From NCBI GenBank assembly GCA_963734385.1, contig CAVTHR010000006.1, positions 47,910 through 111,909 on the forward strand: 64,000 bases of DNA, written 5' to 3'. This document shows, in pieces, positions 46,346 through 59,700 of this stretch. The notes below the pieces were generated by a model. It worked only from the letters and a program-made list of their open reading frames with translations. It made no database searches and was not told the DNA's origin. The translations under genes were made by a program, and so were the position numbers. Position 1 is the first letter of the stretch; each line of letters starts with the position of its first letter. The stretch comes from an uncultured Actinomycetota bacterium (GTDB taxonomy: Bacteria; Actinomycetota; Actinomycetes; Mycobacteriales; Mycobacteriaceae).

Positions 46346-48055
46346 ATGCCTCACGTCATCACCCAGTCGTGCTGCAGCGACGGGTCCTGTGTCTACGCCT
46401 GTCCGGTGAACTGCATCCACCCGTCACCGGACGAGCCCGGCTTCGCCACGGCCGAAATGCTCTACATCGACCCGGTGGCGTGCGTGGACTGCGGGGCATG
46501 TGTGAGCGCCTGCCCGGTAGGGGCGATCGCTCCCGATACCCGACTGGAGCCCAAGCAGCTGCCGTTCATCGAGCTGAACGCGGCGTACTACCCGGCGTTG
46601 CCGGAAGGCGAGAAACTCCCGCCGACGTCAAAGCTGGCGCCGGTCATCGAGGCGCCGAAGATCCAGCAGCACACCGGGCATCCGCTGACGGTGGCCATCG
46701 TCGGCTCCGGGCCCGCCGCGATGTACGCCGCCGACGAACTGCTCACGCAGCGGGGTGTGCGGGTCAACGTGTTCGAACGGCTGCCAACGCCCTACGGGCT
46801 GGTGCGGGCCGGTGTCGCACCCGACCACCAGAGCACGAAGCGGGTCACCCGGCTGTTCGACAAGATCGCTAGGCGCCGCGGCTTCAGCTTCTTCCTCAAC
46901 GTCGAAGTCGGATCTGACTTGTCGCACGCCGATCTGCTGGCCCACCACCATGCCGTCGTGTACGCAGTCGGCGCCCCGAACGATCGCCGCCTGGACGTCG
47001 ATGGCATGGGGATCCCCGGCACCGGCACCGCGACAGAGATGGTCGCGTGGATCAACGGACACCCCGAATACGGCCAGTTGCCAGTCGATCTGAGCCATCA
47101 GCGGGTTGTGCTCGTCGGCAACGGCAACGTCGCATTGGATGTCGCCCGGATCCTGACGGCCGAGCCCGACGCGCTGGCCCGCACCGATATCTCCGACCAC
47201 GCGCTGGCCGCACTCCGCCGGTCGAAGGTCACCGAAGTTGTGATCGCCGCCCGGCGCGGCCCCGCGCAGTCCGCGTTCACCCTGCCGGAACTGATCGGGC
47301 TGACGTCGGCGTGCGAGGTGGTGCTCGATGCCGCCGACCACGAATTGGTGCAGGCCGATCTGGCCGTCGAAGCCGATCCGCTCACGCGCAACAAGTTGGA
47401 GATTTTGAGCAAGCTCGGCGATGCGTCGGCGCCCGCGACGCGCCCGCGGATCCGCCTTGCCTACCGCCTCACGCCGCACCGGGTGCTCGGCGACGACAGC
47501 GTCACCGGCATCGAGTTCAAGGTCACCGGCACCGACGACACCCGGCGGCTCGACGCAGGCCTGGTGCTGACGTCGATCGGGTACCGCGGCAAGCCGATTC
47601 GCGATCTGCCCTTCGATGAGGCGACCGCCGTGGTGCCCAACGAAGGCGGGCGGGTCGTCGATCCGCAATCGGGTCAGCCGGTGCGCGGCAGCTATGTCGC
47701 CGGCTGGATCAAGCGCGGTCCGACCGGGTTCATCGGCACCAACAAGTCGTGCGCGCTGCAAACCGTGCTCAACCTGGTCGACGACTACAACGCCGGTCTG
47801 CTGACCGACCCGACCAGCAAGCCCGCCGCGCTGGACAAGCTGGTCCGCAGCCGGTGCCCCGACATGGTCGACGCCGCGGGCTGGGACGCCATCGACTCCG
47901 CGGAGATCGCGCGTGGCGGGGACGACCGGCCGCGTGACAAGTTCACCGCCGTTGCCGACATGCTGGCCGCCGCCGCGGCCGCCCCAGCACCGCCGATCCG
48001 CAAGCGATTGCTGCGCCGGATTGCGGCGCTGAGAAGCGGCTTCGACGGAGGCTAG
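46346..48055 (+). CDS. fprB: Ferredoxin + NADPH:adrenodoxin reductase fusion
   Basis: CVYACPVNCIHP, CVDCGACVSACP, GSGPA, GVAPDH, GNGNVALDVAR, GWIKRGPTG. Confidence 0.92.
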   Translation: MPHVITQSCCSDGSCVYACPVNCIHPSPDEPGFATAEMLYIDPVACVDCGACVSACPVGAIAPDTRLEPKQLPFIELNAAYYPALPEGEKLPPTSKLAPVIEAPKIQQHTGHPLTVAIVGSGPAAMYAADELLTQRGVRVNVFERLPTPYGLVRAGVAPDHQSTKRVTRLFDKIARRRGFSFFLNVEVGSDLSHADLLAHHHAVVYAVGAPNDRRLDVDGMGIPGTGTATEMVAWINGHPEYGQLPVDLSHQRVVLVGNGNVALDVARILTAEPDALARTDISDHALAALRRSKVTEVVIAARRGPAQSAFTLPELIGLTSACEVVLDAADHELVQADLAVEADPLTRNKLEILSKLGDASAPATRPRIRLAYRLTPHRVLGDDSVTGIEFKVTGTDDTRRLDAGLVLTSIGYRGKPIRDLPFDEATAVVPNEGGRVVDPQSGQPVRGSYVAGWIKRGPTGFIGTNKSCALQTVLNLVDDYNAGLLTDPTSKPAALDKLVRSRCPDMVDAAGWDAIDSAEIARGGDDRPRDKFTAVADMLAAAAAAPAPPIRKRLLRRIAALRSGFDGG

Positions 48056-48501
48056 TGCTGCTTCATCGCCTCTTCGATCTCCTCCATGCTGACCTCGCGC
48101 ACCGGTTGTCCCATGGACCACTGATGGCCGAAGGGGTCCTGCACGACGCCGTACCGGTCGCCCCAGAACTGGTCCTCGAGCGGATGGACCACGGTGGCGC
48201 CTGCGTCGATGGCCTGCTGGAACTTCGTGTCGACATCGGTGACAACGAGGTGGATGGTCACCGGCGAACCGCCGAGCGCCTTGGGTGTCGTCGACTTGCC
48301 GCCGCTCATCTCCGGGAAGTCGTCGTTGAGCATCACCGACGACCCGTTGATCCCGAGGGAGGCGTGGATCAGCTTGCCGTCCGGGCCGGGCACCCGGCCG
48401 TGCTCGACCGCGCCGAACGCCTTCACGTAGAAGTCGATCGCGGCGGCGGCGTCGTCGACTACTAGATGGGGCAGTACCGCGGGCTGAACTTCGATTGCCA
48501 T
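48052..48501 (-). CDS. VOC/PhnB family protein (Rv0887c-like)
   Basis: AAIDFYVKAFGA, DQFWGDRYGVVQDPFGHQW. Confidence 0.9.
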   Translation of the reverse strand: MAIEVQPAVLPHLVVDDAAAAIDFYVKAFGAVEHGRVPGPDGKLIHASLGINGSSVMLNDDFPEMSGGKSTTPKALGGSPVTIHLVVTDVDTKFQQAIDAGATVVHPLEDQFWGDRYGVVQDPFGHQWSMGQPVREVSMEEIEEAMKQH

Positions 48502-48546
48502 GGTGATCTCCTCGGTTTCTGGTTTTGTCACCCGGATGGGCTGCCG

Positions 48547-48577
48547 TATAGACCGCTCATCGAGGCCGATTTCATCG
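48547..48577 (-). promoter_or_regulatory. SigG-type ECF promoter
   Basis: Minus strand CGATGA-N18-GTCTATA matches the SigG consensus CGATGA(N18)GTCNNTA as I recall it, upstream of the Rv0887c ortholog. Confidence 0.75.
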
Positions 48578-48631
48578 CTACGTCACGGCGACATCGGTCA
48601 TGTAACACCCGGGCACCGACAACTTGAAGAG

Positions 48632-49247
48632 CTACACAACGGAGAATGACGGCGGCAGCGCGGCGCGGCCCGTCAGCGACAGCAGCAGCGGTCCTCCTGC
48701 ACCGGTTGCCACACCGATCCGGGCGGCCAGCACCGTGGCCTCGTCCAGCACTTCCTCGGGCAAGGAGTACGAAAGCCCCGTTGCCCGTGCGATATCCAGG
48801 CCATGCACCGCAAGCTCGAAGGTGCGGGTGGGCAGGTAGGTGTGCAGCCGGATGCCCAGCCCGCCGATCACCTCGATGAGGGGATTGTCGGCGTGGGCCA
48901 GCTCACCGAGCACGCGCTCGACGAGCCCATCGACCGTCGCGCCGGGGTCGGCGCCGAGATCACGGCCTGCCTGCCTGCCGCGTTCGACGATGGCGTCGGC
49001 TCCCAGGCTCGATGCGACGTCGCGGATCCGCACGTAGTAGTCCTGCGGGCTCGAGACATCCTCGCGTTCGGCGGATGTCCGCAGGTAGGTGCTCACCGTG
49101 ATGAGCGAGCGCGACGCGTGCCCGATCAGCGACCGAAGGTCCCACTCGCCGAGTCCCGGTCCGTCCCAGCGATCGGCGGGGATCCGCGTGAACCAGGCCG
49201 GCGAAGCTGCGGGCCGCCGACTCGAATGTGATGACTGAGGCCGCCAC
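48632..49247 (-). CDS. Mycothiol-dependent maleylpyruvate isomerase-like (DinB fold) protein; indel near 49180
   Basis: WDGPGLGEWDLRSLIGH, TRTFELAVHGLDIA, LTGR. Confidence 0.8.
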
Positions 49248-49252
49248 CGCCG

Positions 49253-50371
49253 CTATCCCCTCGAAACCTGGTCCCAACCTTCAACGGACTCCGGGCTGCG
49301 CGGGGCGGGACCGACATAGATCGCCGACGGGCGGACGAGCTTGCCGAGCTTCTTCTGCTCGAGGATGTGTGCGCTCCAACCGGCGGTGCGTCCGCACGTG
49401 AACATCGCGGGCATCATCTTGACGGGTACCTCGGCGAAGTCCAAGATCACCGCCGCCCAGAACTCGACGTTGGTCTCGATGGCGCGGTCGGGACGACGTT
49501 CGCGCAACTCGGCCAGTGCAGCCTGCTCCACCGCGGCGGCGACCTCGAAACGCGGCGCCTCGAGGCGTTTGGCGGTGGCCCGCAACACCCGGGCGCGCGG
49601 GTCCTCGGCCCGGTACACGCGGTGGCCGAAGCCCATCAGCTTTTCCTTGCGGTCCAGCACGCCCCGCACCACCGCCGCCGCATCGCCGGTGCGCTCGGCC
49701 TCTTCGATCATCGGGATCACGCGCGCAGGTGCGCCGCCGTGCAGTGGGCCGCTCATCGCCCCGATCGCACCGGACAGCGCCGCCGCGACATCGGCGCCCG
49801 TCGACGCGATCACCCGCGCGGTGAACGTCGACGCGTTCATGCCGTGCTCGGCGGCCGACACCCAGTAGGCATCGATCGCCTCGACGTGCTTGGGATCCGG
49901 CTCACCCTGCCATCGGGTCATGAAACGCGCTGTCACCGTGGAGCATTCGTCGATCATGCGCTGCGGGACGGCCGGCTGATAGATACCGCGGGCCGACTGC
50001 GCGACGTACGACAGCGCCATCACCGACGCACGGGCCAGCTGGTCGCGGGCGGTCGCGTCGTCGATGTCCAGCAGCGGCGCGTACCCCCAGATCGGCGCGA
50101 GCATCGGCAGTCCGGCCTGCACGTCCACCCGCACGTCGCCGCTGTGGATCGGCAGCGGGAACGGCTCGGCGGGCGGCAACCCGTGGCCGAACCTGCCGTC
50201 CACCAGCAGCGCCCACACGTCACCAAAGGTGACGTGGCGGTTGATCAATTCTTCGATGTCGACGCCGCGGTATCGCAGCGCGCCGCCGTCTTTATCCGGC
50301 TCGGCGATTTCGGTGGTGAAGGCGACGACGCCTTCGAGGCCAGACACGAAGTCCTCGGGTACCCCAGTCAT
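49253..50371 (-). CDS. citA: Citrate synthase 2
   Basis: GLEGVVAF, AEHGMNAST, GPLHGGA, GFGHRVY, TNVEFW. Confidence 0.93.
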   Translation of the reverse strand: MTGVPEDFVSGLEGVVAFTTEIAEPDKDGGALRYRGVDIEELINRHVTFGDVWALLVDGRFGHGLPPAEPFPLPIHSGDVRVDVQAGLPMLAPIWGYAPLLDIDDATARDQLARASVMALSYVAQSARGIYQPAVPQRMIDECSTVTARFMTRWQGEPDPKHVEAIDAYWVSAAEHGMNASTFTARVIASTGADVAAALSGAIGAMSGPLHGGAPARVIPMIEEAERTGDAAAVVRGVLDRKEKLMGFGHRVYRAEDPRARVLRATAKRLEAPRFEVAAAVEQAALAELRERRPDRAIETNVEFWAAVILDFAEVPVKMMPAMFTCGRTAGWSAHILEQKKLGKLVRPSAIYVGPAPRSPESVEGWDQVSRG

Positions 50372-50455
50372 GAGCCGATTCTCGCACCCACGCTTCCGGC
50401 CTTCGCTACCGGCCGGTAACACAGCCGCCGAACTGTTGGGGCGTAGCGTTAGCGC

Positions 50456-51118
50456 GTGGCTACGCATGAAAATGAACACCTGGCCGCGATGCGTGTGGAG
50501 TACGGATCGGTCGAGAAGGACGGCAGCCCCGATCTCGACGCCGACTGGCTTGCCGACGGGTGGGTTGTTCTGCTGCGCAAGTGGTTAGCCGACGCCGAAA
50601 ACGCCGGCATCGCCGAGCCGAACGCGATGGTGGTGGGGACCACCGACGGTGAGGGACGGCCGGTGACCCGCTCGGTGTTGTGCAAGAGCGTGGACGACAC
50701 CGGCATCACGTTCTTCACCAACTACGACTCCGCAAAGGGCGAACAACTCGCCACGACGCCGTACGCGTCGGCGACGTTTCCGTGGTTTCGCCTCGGCCGC
50801 CAGGTCCACGTCCGTGGCCCGGTGACCAAGGTGCCCGCCGAGGTGACCGCCGACTACTGGCGTCATCGGCCGCGCGGTTCTCAGCTAGGCGCTTGGGCGT
50901 CGTACCAATCCCACCCGATCGCCTCGCGGGAAGCGCTGCTGGACCAATTGGACGGCGTCACCCAGCGCTTTGCCGACCTCGACGAGGTGCCGGTGCCGCC
51001 GAACTGGGGCGGATACCTCATCGCACCCGAGGTAGTCGAGTTCTGGCAGGGTCGGGAAAACCGGGTGCACAACAGGATTCGGACCACGAAGGGCCGTATC
51101 GAGCGGCTACAACCCTAG
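50456..51118 (+). CDS. pdxH: Pyridoxine/pyridoxamine 5'-phosphate oxidase
   Basis: [44 protein letters not shown]. Confidence 0.93.
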   Translation: MATHENEHLAAMRVEYGSVEKDGSPDLDADWLADGWVVLLRKWLADAENAGIAEPNAMVVGTTDGEGRPVTRSVLCKSVDDTGITFFTNYDSAKGEQLATTPYASATFPWFRLGRQVHVRGPVTKVPAEVTADYWRHRPRGSQLGAWASYQSHPIASREALLDQLDGVTQRFADLDEVPVPPNWGGYLIAPEVVEFWQGRENRVHNRIRTTKGRIERLQP

Positions 51119-52443
51119 TGCGGCGGCTCTTCGCCGACCTCACGCCACTGCGGACGCGCGACTTCCGCAGGCTGTGGGTCGCGGGCAGCATCACCGTCAT
51201 CGGCGGTAACCTCACCATCTTCGCGGTGCCCGTGCAGCTCTACGCACTCACCGAAAATTCGGCATACGTGGGTCTTTCGGGCATCTTCGCGCTGGTTCCG
51301 CTGGTGGTCTTCGGGCTGTGGGGCGGCGCGTGGGCGGACGTGATGGACAGGCGCCTGCTGCTTGATCATCACGTCGTGCGGGTTGGCGGTGGCGTCGGTT
51401 CTGCTGTGGCTGCAGGCGGCGCTGGCGATGAACAACGTGTGGGTGGTGTTGTGCCTGCTGTCGGTGCAGCAGGCGTTCTACGCGGTCAACTCGCCCACCC
51501 GGTCGGCCGCGATCCCGCGGATGGTGCCGGGCGATCAACTGCCCGCGGCCAACTCGCTCAACACGACGGTGTACTCGTTCGGCGCCATCGTCGGGCCGCT
51601 GCTGGCCGGGGTGATGCTGCGCTGGGTCGACCTGTCCACGCTGTATCTGATCGACGCGATCACCTGCATCGCGCCCATCTGGGCGACCGATCCGGCTTGC
51701 GCCCATCCCACCGACCAATGGTGATGCCGGCTCGTCGGGCTGGGGATTTCGCGCGGTTCTGGACGGGTTCCGCTACCTGGCGGGACACACGGTCGTGCTG
51801 ATGTCATTCGTCGTCGACCTGATCGCGATGATCCTCGGCATGCCGCGGGCGCTGTTTCCTCAGATGGCGCACGAGAGCTTCGGCGGCCCGGTCGAGGGCG
51901 GCACCACCATGGCTCTGCTGGCCGCCGCGATGTCGGTGGGCGCGGTTGCGGGCGGGATCTTCTCGGGCTGGCTGCCGCGGGTCAGCCGCCAAGGCTTGGC
52001 CGTCGTGGCCGCGATCGTGGTGTGGGGTCTGACGATGGTCGGCTTCGGCGTCGCCGCAGGCCTCGCTGACGGTCATACCGGAACCATGCTGTGGATTGCG
52101 TTGGTGTTCCTTGCCTTTGGCGGGGCGGCCGACATGGTGTCGTCGGCGTTCCGCAACACGATCCTGCAGCAGGCGGCGTAGCGACGATGTTCGCGGCCGG
52201 CTACAGGGGGTGTTCACCGTTGTGGTGGCGGGTGGCCCGCGATTGGCCGACGCGGTACACGGCGCGGCCGCGGCGGCCGTCGGTACCACGGCCGCGGCGG
52301 CGGGTGGCGGTGCGCTCGTCGTGGTGGGTGTGGCGATCGCCGCGCTCGCTGCGCCGGTGTTCGTGCGGTATCGGGTTGCCAGAGCCGGCACCGACCGGTC
52401 GGCCGAGACCAGCGAACAAACGCCGGACGACGACAAAGTCTGA
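51118..52443 (+). CDS. MFS transporter (EntS/MFS_3-like); about 3 indels
   Basis: DFRRLW, ADVMDRR, SFVVDLIAMILGMPRALFP, RGRLQGVF. Confidence 0.85.
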
Positions 52444-52508
52444 CTCGGGCAGATTTCGGTCGGCGACACTTTTTGGCGTCTCAAAGTGAGCCGCGCTAGC
52501 ATCCTGCC

Positions 52509-53156
52509 GTGCCTAATGTGTCGGGGGATGCAGGGCTGGGTCTGCGGGAACGAAAGAAACAGCGCACGCGCGCCACGCTGATCGACGCCGCCATCGAGCT
52601 GTGTGAGCGGCAAGGCTTCGAGCAGACCACCGTTGAACAGATCGCCGCGATCGCCGACGTCTCGCCCCGCACCTTCAGCCGGTACTTCGCCACCAAGGAA
52701 GCCGTATGTCTGGCGCTGGTCGACGACTTGGTCGACGATGGCCGCGGTCGAACTCGCCCGCCTGCCGCAGGATTTGAATCACTTGGAGGCGCTCTCCCGC
52801 GCCTCGGTGACGATGTACCGGAACACCAAGCACGCCGCCAACGGAGAACTGACCGCGTCGCGGCTGATGTGCACGCTGCGGATCATCATGTCTTCGTCAA
52901 CGTTGCGGCAGGCCGTCATGGAGTTCCGGCCCCACGCGGTCAACATCGAGCTGGCGAAGCGGATGGGTGTCGACATCGACGATCGTGGGCTGCGCCTGGT
53001 CGCCGCGGTGTGGTCGTCGATCATCATGACCGCCCTCGCCGACCTCGGCAGGACCACGGCCTGGCAGGGGTCGGCATCGATGACGCGGTGGACCGGATAG
53101 AGGCGACGTTCGCCCAGTTCACGGGGGTCATTGACGGCGTCGTGCAGCCTGTCTGA
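52509..53156 (+). CDS. TetR family regulator; about 2 indels
   Basis: [36 protein letters not shown]. Confidence 0.88.
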   Translation: MPNVSGDAGLGLRERKKQRTRATLIDAAIELCERQGFEQTTVEQIAAIADVSPRTFSRYFATKEAVCLALVDDLVDDGRGRTRPPAAGFESLGGALPRLGDDVPEHQARRQRRTDRVAADVHAADHHVFVNVAAGRHGVPAPRGQHRAGEADGCRHRRSWAAPGRRGVVVDHHDRPRRPRQDHGLAGVGIDDAVDRIEATFAQFTGVIDGVVQPV

Positions 53157-53247
53157 CCCTCTGCGGACCCCGCGCGGGCGCGATTGCCACAATGGGACTA
53201 CCTTTTGAGGGACAGAGGTCGGTTCTCTCATCGACGAAGGGATTCCC

Positions 53248-54544
<1,297 letters not shown>

Positions 54545-54596
54545 CCGGCTCCAGCTGCGACGCATCTCACGCTCGATCGGCTTGCCCCGGCAACAG

Positions 54597-54610
54597 TTGT
54601 AGTTTCACAA
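54597..54610. promoter_or_regulatory. Short palindrome, candidate MarR operator
   Basis: TTGT-agtttc-ACAA directly before the MFS-MarR operon. Confidence 0.4.
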
Positions 54611-54621
54611 TGGTTGTGTGA

Positions 54622-56096
54622 ATGAAAGTGTCGTCCGGTCGTCCCCAGCTTCGCGGGGGCCCCGAGCCTCGGCGCAAGGTCATCATCTTGATGTCCTGCT
54701 GCCTGAGCCTGCTGATCGTGTCGATGGACGCGACGATCGTCAACGTCGCGATCCCGTCCATTCGCACCGACCTCGGCGCTTCGCCGTCCCAGCTGCAGTG
54801 GGTTGTCGATGTCTACACGTTGGTGCTGGCGTCGCTGCTGATCCTGGCCGGCGCGGCCGGTGACCGCTTCGGCCGCAGGCGCACGTTCCAGATCGGGCTG
54901 ACAGTCTTCGCGCTCGGCTCACTGCTGTGCAGCCTTGCCCCGACCATCGAATGGCTGATCGTCGCCCGCTTCATGCAGGCGGTGGGCGGTTCGATGCTGA
55001 ATCCGGTTGCCCTGTCGATCATTTCACAGATCTTCACCGGCAAGGTCGAGCGGGCACGCGCGCTCGGCGTCTGGGGCGGGGTGGTCGGCATCTCGATGGC
55101 GCTCGGCCCGATCGTCGGCGGCCTGCTCATCGAGTGGATCGGCTGGCGGTCCGTGTTCTGGATCAACCTGCCGATCTGCGCGGCGGCGATCATCTTGACC
55201 GCGGTCTTCGTGCCCGAGTCCAAGTCGGCGACGATGCGCAACATCGACCCGATCGGTCAGGGCCTCGCCGTGCTGTTCCTGTTCGGTGTGGTGTTCACCC
55301 TGATCGAGGGTCCCGGCCTTGGCTGGACGAGCGCCCGCACGGTCACGGTCGCAGTCATCGCGGCGATCGCATTCGTCGCCTTCCTGCGCTACGAGCACCG
55401 GCGGCACGACCCGTTCATCGATCTGCGCTTCTTCCGCAGCATCCCGTTCGCATCGGCGACGGTGCTGGCGATCACCGCATTCGCCGCTTGGGGCGCCTTC
55501 CTGTTCATGATGTCGCTGTACCTGCAGGGCGATCGGCACTACTCGGCCATGCACACAGGCCTGATCTACCTTCCGATCGCGATTGGCGCTCTGGTGTTCT
55601 CGCCTCTCTCCGGTCGGCTCGTCGGTCGGTTCGGCGCCCGCCCTTCGCTGTTGCCGGCGGCCTGCTGATAACCGCCGCGGCGGTGATGCTCACCTTCTTG
55701 TCGTCCTCGACGCCCGTCTGGCACCTGCTCGTCTTGTTCACAGTGTTCGGCATCGGGTTCTCGATGGTCAATGCGCCGATCACGAACTTCGCCGTCAGCG
55801 GCATGCCGCTGGACCGAGCCGGTGCCGCGGGGGCGGTGACATCGACCAGCAGGCAGATCGGCGTGAGTATCGGTGTGGCCCTTTGCGGTTCGGTGGCCGG
55901 AGCGGCTCTCGCGGGACAGGGCGCCGACTTTGCGAGCGCTGCGCGCCCGCTGTGGTTCGTGTGCGTCGCGCTCGGGCTCGTTGTCCTGGTCCTCGGTTTC
56001 ACATCGACGTCGCGGCGAGCGCTGGCATCCGCTGACCGGCTCGCGCCGCTCATTCACGGAACCCCGGCACCAAGGGAGGGCGTGCATGTCTACTAA
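54622..56096 (+). CDS. DHA2 MFS efflux transporter; indel near 55650
   Basis: MDATIVNVAIP, GDRFGRR, WRSVFWINLP. Confidence 0.9.
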
Positions 56097-56502
56097 TGCA
56101 GTCGCCGACGAGGTCTGGCGCGCGATGGCCGCGTTGGTGATCGACAACCGCGACAGCTGGAAGCGGGCGGTGGTGGAACGCAGCGGTCTGCCGTTCAGCC
56201 GCATCCGCGTGCTGCGCCGGCTGGCCGGGGGGCCGATGACGGTCAAGCAGGTGGCGCAGGCCGCGACGATGGACGCGCCCGCAGCCACGGTCGCCGTCAA
56301 CGACCTCGAAGGCCGCAGCCTCGTGGTGCGAACGCCCGATCCCACAAATCGGCGCTGCAAGATGGTGTCGTTGACGGAAGCGGGCCGCGACATGGTGCGC
56401 GCCATCGATGCCGTCGACGATCCCGCACCGGATGTCTTGGCCAGGCTCGACGACATTGAGCTCAAGGAGCTGCGGGCTCTTCTGGAAAAGCTCGCGAAAT
56501 AG
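56086..56502 (+). CDS. MarR family regulator
   Basis: LAGGPMTVKQVA, DPTNRRCKMVSLT. Confidence 0.88.
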   Translation: MSTNAVADEVWRAMAALVIDNRDSWKRAVVERSGLPFSRIRVLRRLAGGPMTVKQVAQAATMDAPAATVAVNDLEGRSLVVRTPDPTNRRCKMVSLTEAGRDMVRAIDAVDDPAPDVLARLDDIELKELRALLEKLAK

Positions 56503-56564
56503 CATTCCCGGTCGTTAACTCGGCCATTTGACAGCCGTGGCTTCTCTTTCGGCGGCACGATTGA

Positions 56565-59500
56565 GTGGTGGCGATAACGTGCCGGTCCTGCGGCGCAGGG
56601 CTGCGAGACGGAGCCCGATTCTGCGACGCCTGCGGGACGCCCGTCGCCACCGCGGAAAGCCACGCCGAGTACAAACAGGTCACCGTGCTGTTCGCCGACG
56701 TGGTGCACTCGATGGACATCGCCGCCGCCGTCGGCGCAGAGCGGCTGCGCGAGATCATGGGCGAGGTGTTCCGCCGCGCGTCGGTGATTGTCCAGCGCTA
56801 CGGCGGAACGGTGGACAAGTTCACCGGCGACGGCATCATGGCCGTGTTCGGGGCGCCCATCGCGCTGGAGGACCACGCCGTACGCGCATGTCGCGCGGCG
56901 CTCGACGTGCAGACCGACGCCAAGCACTTGGCGGCGGAAGTCGAGGAGCGCGACAGCGTCTCCCTGCGGCTGCGGATCGGATTGAACTCCGGCGAGGTGA
57001 TCACCGGCGAAATCGGCTCCGGACCGATGACCTACACCGCAGTCGGTGAGCAGGTCGGTATGGCTCAACGCATGGAATCGGTAGCGCCGCCCGGCGGGGT
57101 CATGGTGAGTGACTCGACTGCGCGGCTGGTGGAAACATCCGCAATGATCGGTGATCCGGAGCTTGTGCATATCAAGGGGGCTCAAGATCCTGTGTTGGCA
57201 CGCCGCCTGTTCGGCATGGCAACGGGTCGGCGAACCGACTCGCGCTGAGCCGACATTCGTCGGACGCCAAGGCGAGATGAGCGCACTCAACGGTGTTCTC
57301 GACCATTCGATCAACGGCAACGGCAGTGTCGTCGGTGTGGTCGGCCCGCCGGGAATCGGCAAGAGCCGAATCGTTCGTGAGCTCACCGCGCTGGCCAACA
57401 ACGCCGGCGCCGAGGTGTTCGCGACGTACTGCGAATCACACACCGCCGACCTGCCTTTCTACACCGCCGCCGAGTTGGTTCGCGATGTCACCGGGGCGGC
57501 GGGTCTGGAGCCGGTGGCAGCGCGCGCGCAAGTGCGCGAGCGGTTTTCGGACGCCGATGGCGAGGACCTGATCCTGGTCGACGATGCCCTGGGTATCGCA
57601 GATCCCGACGTTGCGCTGCCACAAATCGATCCCGACGCTCGACGCCGCCGATTGTCTGCAATGGTCAACGCCACCGCGCTCGCACGGTCGACACCGACGG
57701 TCTACGCATCGAGGATGCGCACTGGATCGACGGTGTCAGCGAGTCCATGCTGGCGGAGTTTCTGACCGTGATTCCGCAGACTCCGTCGCTTGTGCTGATC
57801 ACCTACCGGCCGGAATACGATGGTGCGCTTGCTCATGCGTCCCGTGTGCAGACGATCGCGCTTGAGCCGCTGGACGAAGCGCAGATGCTGGCGCTGGGCG
57901 CCGAGCTTCTGGGTGAGGACAGCTCGGTCACCGAACTCGCCGAGCTCATCGCCGAGCGGGCGGCGGGGAATCCCTTCTTCGCCGAGGAGATCGTCCGTGA
58001 CCTGAGCGAGCGCGACGTTTTGGTGGGCGGCCGCGGTTGCTATCTGTGCACGGGTCCTGCTGCCAATGTGCACGTGCCCCGGACGCTGCAGGCGGTGATC
58101 GCCGCACGCATAGACCGCCTCGATCCCGCCGCCAAGCGCGCGCTCAACGCCGCTGCGGTTATCGGGTCGCGGTTCACGCCGGACATGTTGCACAGTCTCG
58201 AGGTTCCAACGGCATTGGGCGATCTCGTCTCAGCGGAGCTCATCGACCAGACGGCGTTCGACCCGCGGCCCGAATACGTGTTCCGGCACCCGCTGGTACG
58301 CGCTGTCGCATACGAGTCACAGCTGAAGTCCGATCGCGCGCAATTGCATCGGCGCGTCGCTGACGCGATCGAACAAGACGACCAGAATGCCGCACTGATC
58401 GCCGAGCATCTGGAGGCTGCCGGTGATCTGCCCGCCGCCTACGAGTGGCATATGCGGGCCGGAGGATGGTCGTCCAGCCGAGACATCGCCGCCGCGCAAC
58501 TCAGCTGGGAGCGTGCGCTTGCAGGTCGCCGATGCGCTGCCCGCCGACGCGCGGAATCGAATGGCCATGCGCATCGCACCACGCACATTGATATGCGGGA
58601 ACACCTTCAAACGGTTCCACCCCGACATCTCGTCTCGCTTCGAGGAACTGCGCGACCTGTGTACCCAGGCCGATGACAAGGCGTCGTTGGCGGTGGGGAT
58701 GGCCGGCATGACGGTCGAGCATGTGTTGCACGGACGGGTTCGAGATGCCTCGCGGCTGGCATCGGAGACCATGGCGTTGGTGGAGTCGATCGGCGATCCC
58801 GCGCTGACGGTCGCGCTGTCGTTCGCGGGGATAGTTGCCAAGCATGAGACAGGCGAGACGGTCGATGCATTGCGGTGGACCAAACGGTAATCGACCTCAC
58901 TGAGGCTGATTTCGATAAGGGCAAAATGATCTTCGAGTCTCCGCGCGCCATGGCGTTAGCGTGGCGAGGGGTGGCCCGATTCCGGTCGGGCACGTCGGGT
59001 TTTCACGATGACTTCGACGAGGCAATGGCCATCGCGGAGCAGTCGGACACCTTGTCCAAGTCGACGATCATCACCTACAAGTACGCAGGCATACCGCGAG
59101 GGGTTTTTCTGGCGGACGAACAACGTATTGCGCGAGGTCGAATCGGCAATGAAGCTGGTTGAACGGTCGAGCGACGACATGGCGTGTTGTCTTTCTGCGC
59201 ATGACCTTTGCGATGGCGTTGATATACCACGGCGCGGATCGATCGACGCGGCTACGACCTCATGCGCAGCCTGCGCGAGACGTGTCTCAAGGAACGTTTC
59301 GCGATGAACATGCTTCCTGTGACCGATATCTACCTTGCCTGTGAGCGTGCGGAGCAGGGCGAGGAAGACCTCGCGATCCAGCAGTGGCGTGCCCTCGCTG
59401 CGGACATGGAAAGGGGGGGTCATTAGAGCAACATCGATCTCCCATTCATCTTTACGGCGGAACATCTGATGTCGCGCGGCGACTACGACGGCGCTGCCAG

Positions 59501-59700
59501 CGCCATCGAGCGGCTGATGTCGTTGGCGGCGGACCACAAGTGGGTGTCGCGGGAAATCGCGGCACTTCAAGCTTCGTGCTCGATTGGCTCGGGCGCGTGG
59601 CGACGACGCGGCCTACCGGGAACTGCGGGACCATTACCGCGCCATGGCAAACGATCTCGGCTACGAGGGGCATATGGCGTGGGCCGCGGAGCTGCCCTAG
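56565..59700 (+). CDS. Zinc ribbon + class III nucleotidyl cyclase + STAND/AAA ATPase + helical C-terminus (copy 2); at least 6 indels
   Basis: CRSCG..FCDACG, VTVLFADV, VDKFTGDG, GPPGIGKS, EDAHW, GNPFFAEE, FRHPLVR; ends GYEGHMAWAAELP-TAG; could be a true pseudogene. Confidence 0.82.
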
